From IMG/VR virus record IMGVR_UViG_3300030099_005838: 64,000 nucleotides of DNA, one strand, 5' to 3'. Source of the stretch: a virus. Both the position numbers and the translations under genes were made by a program. The notes beneath the pieces were generated by a model. It was given only the letters and a program-made list of their open reading frames with translations. It searched no databases and was not told the origin of the DNA. This document shows, in pieces, positions 30,578 to 40,885 of the stretch; positions within the stretch are counted from its first letter, which is position 1; every line of letters begins with the position of its first letter.

Positions 30578-33500
30578 CGATGTTCATATCAAGTTCATCA
30601 ACCTCAACTGGATCTTTTGGCTTAGCACAATCAGAATTTGTACAGCATAGAGTTTTAAAAGGTTGGTATCAAGGTAATAATATATATGATTTACCAAGTG
30701 GCGGTAGTGCAGGAATTAGGATTGCACCACCAACACCCGCGAGTGGTAACAGCTCCCTACCTATTCAATTTACCAACAATGCTGTCCAAATACAAAGAAG
30801 TCATAATACTCTTAGATTGGAGGCTTTTCAAGGATCCGTTGCAATATATGACACACTTAATACAGAAACAATTGCTACATTTGGTAGAAGTGGCCTTACT
30901 TTTAGTTTGGGAAGCATATCAGGTATTACTCATGTATCAGCTAGCGGTAATATAAGTGGTTCATCAACCTCAACTGGTTCGTTTGGTACATTACGAGTTG
31001 GTACTAATGTAGGAAGTTTATCTTCAGGTTTAGTATTTGGAGATGGTGATACTGGTTTCTACGAACATGCTGACGATGATGTATTTTTCAAAAGAGGTGG
31101 TAATACTGTATTTAGAGCAAATACATCTTCACAATTAGACTTTGGTGTTCAACATTTATTTTTTAATACAACTGGTGGTTTTTTTATTACTACAGGAGCT
31201 GGTAGTGCAGCAGCACCAAACTATGTATTCAGAGGTGACCAAGATACAGGTATGTTCCGTATTGATGCCGATAGACTTGGTTTTAGTGCTGGTGGAGCAT
31301 TACAATTAGAAATATCTTCAAATAAAATAAGTGGTTCAGCAGCCTCGACTGGTTCATTTGGAAGAATAGAGGTACATTCTAATACTGGTTCGTTTGCACA
31401 TATTGAAAATTCTTCAAATATCAGAACTGCAAAATTATCGTTGACTGGCGGAGGTGGTGGAGACACTACATTTGTAGTAACAAATTTTGGCGGTGGTAAT
31501 TTATTGACATTGACAAATGCTGCAACATCTATACTATATGATGGTAGGCACGGACAATCTGTCGCGGGTTTATATTTTAATGTAAATAATACAGCTATGT
31601 TGGGTAACTTGGCATCATCCGCAACAGTACCAGCATTTAAATTTAAAGGTGATACAGATACAGGATTAGGTCGTGCAGATTCAAATCAATTATCATTAAT
31701 TACAGGTGGTGTAGAAGCTTTAAGGGTAACAGAAACATTGATAAGTGGTTCAGCAACCTCAACCGGTTCGTTTGGTGAGTTACAAGTCAGAGGTGCTGGT
31801 CAAGAAAAAATAAGTTTATTTGGAAATGCACAACAATTTATAAACTTTGGTGATGCCGCAGATAGTAATACTGGTATGATACAATATGACCATAATAATA
31901 ATCAGTTTCAATTTTATGCTAATGCTACAAATATATTAAGAGTTTTAGGTAGTGGATTTGTATTACCTTCTTCTAATGAAGGTGTTAGTTTAGGTTCGAC
32001 ATCCCTCAAATGGAAAGAATTGGTAGTAAATCATGTAAGTGCAAGTGGTAACATAAGTGGTTCAGCAACCTCAACAGGTTCGTTTGGTAAAATTGTAATT
32101 CCGATGCAAGGAAACAATGTTGCATTTGAGGCTCTAAATGGTAATTTTTCAGTAGCTAATACTATATTCCAACATTCAGCAAATGGTGGTAATCTACAAT
32201 TTGGTTCACAAACTGCTGGATTCTTCCATTCGCTTGGTAAAGTTTTTACAAGAAAAGATGGTGGATACGGAGACGGTGGTGATGAGGCATTTAAAGCCAC
32301 AGACCATCCTGTTGCTGCTGGTTTTTGGGTTGATTCTGCTGGTAATATGCAATTTGGACATGATAATGGAGCTGGAGTTAGAAATACTGTACAGATGATG
32401 ACTTTAGGGCCACAAACTGGACATGCTTCTGGTAGTCTATTAGTATCTGGTAGTATTATAGCTAAAGAGGGAGACGTAAGTGGTTCAGCGACCTCAACCG
32501 GTTCGTTTGGAGTCATTCAAAATCCAAGTGGTTTGTTTTTAGGTAGTACAAATGCCGCACATCAGTTTAGTCAAATAACTTCTACCAATCATCTATTCAT
32601 CGGAGCTGGTGCATCAACAGTTCAAATGCAAAATGATTTAATTCCTGATGGTAATGGAAGTCAAGACTTAGGTTCAACCCTCAGAAACTTTAATCAAATT
32701 TTTGCTAGAACAAAAGTTACTGGTTCATCAATTTCAACTGGTTCGTTTGGTTCGGTTTTTATTAAAAATCAAAGTAATTTACAATTTGGAAGCATAAACA
32801 CAAGAATCAGAGGTGATAATAGTAATAATGTGATTACATTTATGACAAACAATACCGAAAGGGTTCGTATCAATGATGATGGAGTGGGAATCGGTGGTGA
32901 TCCTGTTGCTTCCAATGGACTCACAATACATGCTGTAAATCCAGGTTTAACCCTACGGTCATCCAACACGACAGGTGCGTGTAAGTTAAGATTTGCGGAT
33001 ACCGGTGATGCTGATATAGGAATGATTGAATATGGTCATTCTTCTAACGCTATGGTATTCAGTACAGGTGATGCAGAAGCATTCAGATTGGATACAAATC
33101 AAAATGCTATTTTTGGTGGTAGTAAAATAAGTGGTTCAGCAACCTCAACCGGTTCGTTTGGTGAGCTACAAATTCATGATAAGATTGGAATCAATACTGC
33201 TGATGCTGGTGCCGTAAGTCCTGCAAGTCCACATACTGGTGCGAAAACAGGATTGATGGAAATAAAGGCTAAGAGTAGTGGTGGTGATGCAGCTTTATTA
33301 ATAAGAAGATTTGAGGGTGATGGTGCTTATGGAATGGATCTGTGGACAGACACAAATGCAGCTGATAGTTATATCGATCAAAGAGGTGGGATATCAGGTG
33401 CACAGTTATACATTAGAACAGCAACACATACTAGTGCTGTAAATGCAGCAATATTCGATCATGTAGGAAATGTTGAGTTTCCAAGTGCAACAACAATAAG

Positions 33501-36500
33501 TGGTTCAGCAACCTCAACCGGTTCATTTGGTAATGTCTACGTTGGAAAGGGTGGTGCTCAATTTCAAAATACTAAATTCGCTGTAGTTGATAACAATAGC
33601 ACAGAATACGCTCCGATGGGTGGTAGTTCAAATACTGCAAATGCTATGATTCAGTTTACTAATACAAATACTTCTGCTACTGCTCCACATTCCTTAATAC
33701 ATTTCAGATTGGATAAGAGTGGTGGTGATGGTTATGTAGGATTTATGACATCTACCTCAACAGGTAATATAGAACACTTTGTTGTTGGTAATCAGGTTGA
33801 TGGAGAAATCATCAGAGGGGCAAGTGGAGGCAACGTTGGTATTGGAGATTCGAATCCATCTGGTAAGCTTGTTGTTTCTGGTTCAGGTACTATAAACCTA
33901 CATATAGATAATAGTGGAACTGGTGATACCGGTTTATTAGGAAAGCGTAATGCAACCTCTATATTTGGAATGTTCGATGATGCTAGTGATAGTAAACTAA
34001 GAATAGTAAATTATCAAGCAGAACCGATTGAATTTAGTGTGGATAGGGGTGGTACTGAAACCATTGTGATGACAATGATGAATTCAGGCAGAGTCGGTAT
34101 TGGAAATACAAGTCCTGAGAGTATCTTAGATGTCAGCGGTTCGAATTCATTTGGACAATTACAGATACGTGATGGTAATAATAGTATTTACAGAAGATTT
34201 TTTGTATCAGCATCAGGTGCTCATGGTTTAGGAACATTACACATTCAAAATAGAGCATTTCCTGGCAGTGGAACAGGTGATGTCTACACCCATTTCAAAA
34301 GTAGTGTAGCAGGCGGTACAACTCGAATGAATGTTATGATAGATGGTAAGTTAGGATTAGGAACTACAGATACAGTTCCTGAACAGGCTATACACATTAA
34401 AGCTGCTAATCCAAAGATACAATTTCAAGATACAAGCGTTAGTAATTTAAAACACGTATTATCTGGCGGTGATGGTGATGCTGGTATGGCTTATGAAGCA
34501 GATGTAAATAATGTCGGTGCTGGTTATCACGCATTCAAAATGGGTGGTGCTGAAAGAATTAGATTTATTGAAAACGGTAGTGTTGGCATCGCAGATACTA
34601 GTCCTGCACAACCATTAGTAGTAAGTGGTAGTAGTAAAGGATTGTTATCAGTTGGATTAGCTGGTGGTGGTTCAAGAGTCACTATTGGTGATACCTCTAT
34701 GGATAGTGCACTACATATGAGAAGAAGTAGTAACGGTGCAGCCGATGTTCAAGTTTTACAATTAGGTAGCTCTCTCCATGTGGGTGCTACGAGCAACGTT
34801 ATAAATACCTTGATTCAATCGAATACTTCAGTATTAACAGTTGGTTCAAGCAAAGTGACTTCAAATGCTTCTATTGAACCTACTGCGGATGCTTCATTCA
34901 ACTTAGGTGCTGCAGATAAAAGATGGGCGAATATATTCTCTGCTGACCTTCAACTATCTAATGAGGGAACTGAAGGAAATGAAGTTGATGGAACAACAGG
35001 TTCTTGGACAATTCAGGAAGGTGAAGATGACTTATATTTATTGAATAGAAAGAATGGTAAAAAATACAAGTTTAAACTTGAGGAGATAACCTAATGGCAA
35101 TAACCACCAAAAAATTAATAGCTGAAGAATACGTTGTATCCTCTTCGGTAACCCTAATGACCCAATCATTTGCCAGTGGTTCAACTGTATTTGGTGACTC
35201 CTTAGATGATACCCATAGAATGACTGGTTCTCTATTTGTTAGTGGTGGAATATCAACCGATGGTAGTGCTGGTGGAACTGCCACATTTAAAGGAACTTCA
35301 GCACAATCCACATTGAATCTCCAAACTTCTGTAAGTAATTTTGTTGTAGGGTTGTCAAACTCATCTGGTAGACTTGATTTAAGACCTGGTGGTTCAACAG
35401 CACTAACAGTAATTAATTCAGGTAATGTCGGCATCGGAAATACAAGTCCTGGTGCTAAACTAACAATCGGTGGCTCATCTTCATCAGGATTACATGACAT
35501 CAGATTGGAAAACTCATCTGCTCAAATTAAGATAGGAGTAGCAGGTGGTGGTAGTGATATTGTTAGTTCAGCTGTGGCTGGTGACTTTATCATCTCAAAT
35601 GTTACTGGTGGAACAAAGAGTATATTGTTTGGTATCGGAACATCTGAACATATGCGTGTTGACCATTCAGGTAATATCGGCATCGGACAATCAAGTCCTT
35701 CACATCCACTAGATGTCGCTGGTGTTATCAGAACAACTGGTACAGGTACAAATTCTTCGGTTCGCCTTAATAATACAACTAGCAGTACAGGTAATGAATG
35801 GCAGTTGTACAGTTATAATAATGGCGATTTTAGTATTTACGAAACAAGCGACAGGTTATACATAAAGAGTAATGGCAATATCGGCATCGGGGAAACAAGT
35901 CCAGACCAAAAACTTCATATAAAAGCAGCAACACAAATGAGACTTGAAAGGGCAAGTGTCGCCTCTTACGATACTCTTATAGATAATTTAGTCACAGGAG
36001 ATACGGCTGATTTGACATTTCAAGCTCAAACATCAGATACAGGATTTTTATTTCAATCTAAAAATAGTAGTGGTACACAGATTAACGCACTAGCCATAAA
36101 TGAGGCAGGTAAAGTCGGCATCGGGACCACAAATCCAGATGCAAGTTTACATATATCCTCATCAGTCGGTTCTTCAACCTCATCACTGCATATCGAAGGT
36201 AGTGGTTCTTCTGTTGTCGCAGTCGATGGAACACAAGGAAGATTATTCTCAATAACAGACGAATTATCAGGTAGTTTATTTAGTGCAAACACAATATCTG
36301 GTTTGCCTGTAATAGAGGCTTTCTCAGATAATAAGGTAACATTAGGCCCGTTTAGTAAACCTATTACAGTTACATCTACAGGAAACATAAGTGGTTCAGC
36401 AACATCAACTGGTTCGTTTGGTTCGTTGGTTGTAGCTGATAAGGTTCAAGGTAATTTAGTAGCTAGTGGGAACATAACCACAGGGGGACAGATACTAAGT

Positions 36501-39500
36501 CCAGGTGGTTCAAACATAGCATTAAATCCAAATACTGGTTTGGTTACAATTGCTAATAATTTACAACTTTCAGGATATGTACAAGCGGCTGGTAATTTAG
36601 TAAGTACAGGAGCAAATGCAAAAATAAGTGGTTCATCAACCTCAACTGGTTCGTTTGGTAATGTTTTTGTCAGAGATGAGATTGAAATAACCGATTCAAA
36701 CACAGCAATATGTGAAGGTAATAATAATTCCGTAAGATTGAAAACCAATAACGGCTACATAGAGATAGGACCACAAAATTCTACACTAGCACATATCTAT
36801 ACTGATAGAAACCAGGGTTTCTTTTTCAATAGGGCTATAGGTGTTCATAATAACAAAATATACGTGGGAGACTTTGGTTCAGAAATAATAACAATAGATC
36901 CGGATGTTTCAGGTGGTAGTCCAAAAATAAGTGGTTCAGCATCTTCAACCGGTTCGTTTGGTAAGGTGAGTGTTGGAACTGCAAATCCGAAGTTCGCACA
37001 TTTAAATGTTGAGGGTGATATTGCATTGGGAACATATGCTGCAAACATGAATCGTAGAATTGGTTTACAAAGAAGTGATGGTGGTGGTTGGTCAAATACA
37101 CCACATATAACTTTTTCCACCGATGGTGGTGCTGATGCGAGTATCAAATTTTCAGTAATAGATTCAGGTGTAGCCGGATATGCTGATGCTGTGGTGATTG
37201 ATAAGTCTGGCAATGTCGGCATCGGAGAAACAAGTCCTTCTGTACCACTTCATGTTTCAGGTGATGGAGGTGCTAGTGATCCACTAGCAACAATGTTACT
37301 AGAATCAACATCAAATCATGGTGGATTGGTAATCAATGCACCTGCAAGCAAACAAACTCACCTTAGATTCCAAAACAATGGTTCTTTAAAATGGCAAATA
37401 AGGTCGCCGTTTCATGATGGTACAAATCCAGATTCTTTAAGAATCTATAGTTGGACGTACGGTGGTGATGTTATGGTATTTAAAAATGATGGCAATGTCG
37501 GCATTGGAACAAATAATCCTGTACAAAAACTTCATCTTCACGGTGGAAGCATGTACATGCAAACCGGACAAAATATTACATGGAATAATGGCGATGTTCA
37601 AATAGGAGCTATAAGTGGTTTTCACTTTAGAATACAAACATATACTGGCTCTTCACTAACAGAAAAAATGCGTGTTACGTCAGGTGGTAATGTCGGCATC
37701 AACACATCAAGTCCTTCAGCCAAATTGCATGTATCTGGCGCGGCCTCAACTACAGCCACATTAATTGAAGGACGTACTAATGGCAACGTTCCAATTCTTC
37801 ATATCAAAGACAAAGCAGATATGTTTGTTGCTATGTTTGAGGGTCAGAGAGCTGGTGATACTGGAGCTGTAGTTTCTATTTATCATAATCCAACAACATC
37901 ACAAGAAACCAACAGAACAATGTTAAACTTTCAAATGAATGATGATGGTGATAACAGAACTACTTATGCTCAACTTTTTTCCGGCATTGATGATCACACA
38001 GATGGTACAGAGGATGGTAATTTACAAATTAAGACAGTTGAAAATGGCACTCTAACTGAACAAATGACAATTAATTCAACGGGTGTGGGCATCGGAGAAA
38101 CTAGCCCATCATTCCCATTAGATGTTGTAAAGTCTGCTAATACAGGTGATCCATTAACACAAGCAACTGCTTATCAACTAGGTATAAGAAATTCAAACGG
38201 AAATTCAGGTGCCGCTACTTCTATAGCATTTGGACATGAGACTTTTGATTTCTCAGCTTTCATTAGTGCTCTAAGAACTAGCTCAGGTAATCACCCAACT
38301 GCTGATTTGACATTTGGTGCTAGGCCATCCGATAACGCTACTTTTGTTGAGAGAATGCGTATAGTTGGTGCATCAGGCAATGTCGGCATCGGCGAAAATA
38401 GTCCTTCAGCTAAACTACAAATCAAAGGTGGTGGTATAACCGTATCTGGCTCTAATGATACAAGTCCAATACAGGCAATGTTAATCAAAACAAGTGCGGC
38501 TTCATCACAAGGATTAATCGGAGTCGAAGGTAATACCGCGGGTGCTTTTATAACAGGTACAGTTGCTAGGGCTATGGTTGTGGCATCAAGTGCTAGTGGT
38601 ACAGCACTACAATTAGGTGCCGCTGGTTCAGTTGGATTAACAATGTTATCAAATGGTGATATAGGTATCAATGATACAAGCCCATCATTTAAATTAGATG
38701 TAAATGGAACAGGTAGATTTACTGGAAATGTTGCACTTTCAGGTGATAATGCTCAATTATCAATAGGCCATACTGGAGAAACTCATTGGGGAACTGGATT
38801 TGATATTTTAGAAGTCGGTCACTCTATGGCATTGTTCTGTGAGACCGCTGATGGAGCTGATAGAAATGCTTTTGTAGCAAACAATTTATATGCTGATGGT
38901 GATGGATTAAAAAGACATTATACTGATCAAACTGTAAGTATACTTTTAAGAGCTGGTTTTATAGCATTTAGAACAGATGCAAGTGGAACTGCTGGAGCAG
39001 TATTTACACCAAGTGAAAGAATGAGAATTACTGAAGATGGCAATGTCGGCATCGGGACTACAAGTCCTGTAGGACTTTTAACATTATACGATCCAGCAAG
39101 TGGTGATAATAAATTAAGATTTCAAAATTCAACTACTGGAGTCACAACTAGTGATGGAAGTAGAATTGGATTGAATGGTGCTGAACTTTTTATTAATAAT
39201 ATAGAAAGTTCTAATATAAAAATTTATACAGGTAGTACACAAACTCAAGGTATAACCATTGATAGTTCAGGTAAAGTCGGCATCGGGATCACAAGTCCTA
39301 CAGGTAAATTGCAAGTAGCAGGTGATATAGTAATCGCTCAAGGAAGTAAATTAAAAGAACCAGATGGTAATGCATACATATCATTTGATTCAAGTTATCA
39401 CATAACAGGTTCATCTGCTGGTGATATAGTATTTGATATCGATAACAATGGTAATGAAACAAATAGTTTTCTTAGAATAACCAAAGATAATCAAGCAACT

Positions 39501-40885
39501 GAGCTAATGAGAGTTCAAGAAAATGGCAATGTCGGCATCGGCACAAATAATCCTGATGTTAAATTTCACGTATTTGATAGTAGCGCTCTAAGTGTTGAAT
39601 TTGAAAGTAGTACAGGTAATGTAGATTTAACAATCAATTCAGGAACAGATGGCGCAGTTGAAAAATCAAGTATTCTTCTTCAAGCTAACAGCTCAAACAA
39701 ATGGGAAATACTAAAGACAACTAGCGATAACTTTCAGATTTACGATTATGGTCGTTCAGCGGGTGTGTTAGATATTATTTCTAATGGCAATATGGGATTA
39801 ATGGCTGATGGTGGAAATGTCGGCATCGGCACCACAAGTCCTGATACAAAACTTCATTTAGCAGATAGTAGCGATGTATATTTAACATTAGAATCTACTC
39901 ATGCATCAACACCTGAAGAAGCAGCAATTAAGTATAGTAATTCTTCTACTTCGGCAAATTATTGGTGGGCTGGATTAAATCAATCAGATGATTACTCATT
40001 GGCTTATGGAACTTCTTTTAGTGGAGCTAATACTAGATTTTTAGTTACTGAAACGGGCAATGTCGGAATCGGAGTTACAGATCCTGATAGTGCTTTAGAA
40101 GTAAAATCATCAGATGATACTTTCTTAAAGGTTTCTACTGGAAATGATACATTTCATGCTAGAATAAAAGCCAGTATTTCAAACGATACTCCAATGCAAA
40201 TGACAGGTATTAGCGGTCATGCTTGGATGAAACAGAGAGGTGGTGATGGTGAAGTAACATTCTTGACTAACGGTGGAAATGAAAGAATGCGTATAGATGG
40301 TTCAGGCAATGTCGGCATCGGCACCACAAATCCTGGTGCTACATTAGATATTTTAGGTCCAAGTGATGGTGTAAATTTAAGATTAAGTGATGTAGCTGGT
40401 AATTCTACAACAAAAGAAGCTCGTATAGGTGTGAGACACTATACAGAAGCTGAAGAAGATACTGCTTTAATGTATGCTCAATCTGGTAATGGAACTTCTG
40501 CAGTCTATATTGGTGGTGGAACAGGTGTGATGAATGCTGTAGAACTTATTGGTTTCGTAACTGCAGCTACTGATACTACTTTATCTGGAACTACAAGAAT
40601 GGTTATTGATAGTGGAGGTAAAGTCGGCATAAATCATGACAGTCCTAGTGCAGTATTGGAAGTAAAAGGTCAGACGGGGGTATCAAGTACTGCTCTTATC
40701 ACACACGGTTTAGTTCAGATGAAGACAACTCATAATGATAGTAGTGAATTAAGACACCAATTCTCTATGGGTGGTGCATCTGATCCAGGCAGTTACAATA
40801 TTTATCAAGGAAATGCCTCTACAATCGGTGTTCATTTAGATGCAGGAGATGATTCCTTTTTCCTAAATAGTGTCGGTATCGGTGG
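23870..40885 (+). repeat. Dispersed in-frame repeat family GG(C/T)AATGTCGGCATCGG..AC.ACAAGTCC (GNVGIGTTSP)
   Basis: About 20 copies, mostly in the 2175-aa gene (e.g. near 24984, 26503, 35419, 37209, 38376, 39039, 39524, 39815, 40305). Confidence 0.88.
30574..35094 (+). CDS. Giant modular fibre-like protein
   Basis: About 9 SGSxxSTGSFG spacers; C-terminus RWANIFSADLQLSNEG...GSWTIQEGEDDLYLLNRKNGKKYKF, typical of marine phage fibre ends. Confidence 0.75.
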   Translation: MTMFISSSSTSTGSFGLAQSEFVQHRVLKGWYQGNNIYDLPSGGSAGIRIAPPTPASGNSSLPIQFTNNAVQIQRSHNTLRLEAFQGSVAIYDTLNTETIATFGRSGLTFSLGSISGITHVSASGNISGSSTSTGSFGTLRVGTNVGSLSSGLVFGDGDTGFYEHADDDVFFKRGGNTVFRANTSSQLDFGVQHLFFNTTGGFFITTGAGSAAAPNYVFRGDQDTGMFRIDADRLGFSAGGALQLEISSNKISGSAASTGSFGRIEVHSNTGSFAHIENSSNIRTAKLSLTGGGGGDTTFVVTNFGGGNLLTLTNAATSILYDGRHGQSVAGLYFNVNNTAMLGNLASSATVPAFKFKGDTDTGLGRADSNQLSLITGGVEALRVTETLISGSATSTGSFGELQVRGAGQEKISLFGNAQQFINFGDAADSNTGMIQYDHNNNQFQFYANATNILRVLGSGFVLPSSNEGVSLGSTSLKWKELVVNHVSASGNISGSATSTGSFGKIVIPMQGNNVAFEALNGNFSVANTIFQHSANGGNLQFGSQTAGFFHSLGKVFTRKDGGYGDGGDEAFKATDHPVAAGFWVDSAGNMQFGHDNGAGVRNTVQMMTLGPQTGHASGSLLVSGSIIAKEGDVSGSATSTGSFGVIQNPSGLFLGSTNAAHQFSQITSTNHLFIGAGASTVQMQNDLIPDGNGSQDLGSTLRNFNQIFARTKVTGSSISTGSFGSVFIKNQSNLQFGSINTRIRGDNSNNVITFMTNNTERVRINDDGVGIGGDPVASNGLTIHAVNPGLTLRSSNTTGACKLRFADTGDADIGMIEYGHSSNAMVFSTGDAEAFRLDTNQNAIFGGSKISGSATSTGSFGELQIHDKIGINTADAGAVSPASPHTGAKTGLMEIKAKSSGGDAALLIRRFEGDGAYGMDLWTDTNAADSYIDQRGGISGAQLYIRTATHTSAVNAAIFDHVGNVEFPSATTISGSATSTGSFGNVYVGKGGAQFQNTKFAVVDNNSTEYAPMGGSSNTANAMIQFTNTNTSATAPHSLIHFRLDKSGGDGYVGFMTSTSTGNIEHFVVGNQVDGEIIRGASGGNVGIGDSNPSGKLVVSGSGTINLHIDNSGTGDTGLLGKRNATSIFGMFDDASDSKLRIVNYQAEPIEFSVDRGGTETIVMTMMNSGRVGIGNTSPESILDVSGSNSFGQLQIRDGNNSIYRRFFVSASGAHGLGTLHIQNRAFPGSGTGDVYTHFKSSVAGGTTRMNVMIDGKLGLGTTDTVPEQAIHIKAANPKIQFQDTSVSNLKHVLSGGDGDAGMAYEADVNNVGAGYHAFKMGGAERIRFIENGSVGIADTSPAQPLVVSGSSKGLLSVGLAGGGSRVTIGDTSMDSALHMRRSSNGAADVQVLQLGSSLHVGATSNVINTLIQSNTSVLTVGSSKVTSNASIEPTADASFNLGAADKRWANIFSADLQLSNEGTEGNEVDGTTGSWTIQEGEDDLYLLNRKNGKKYKFKLEEIT

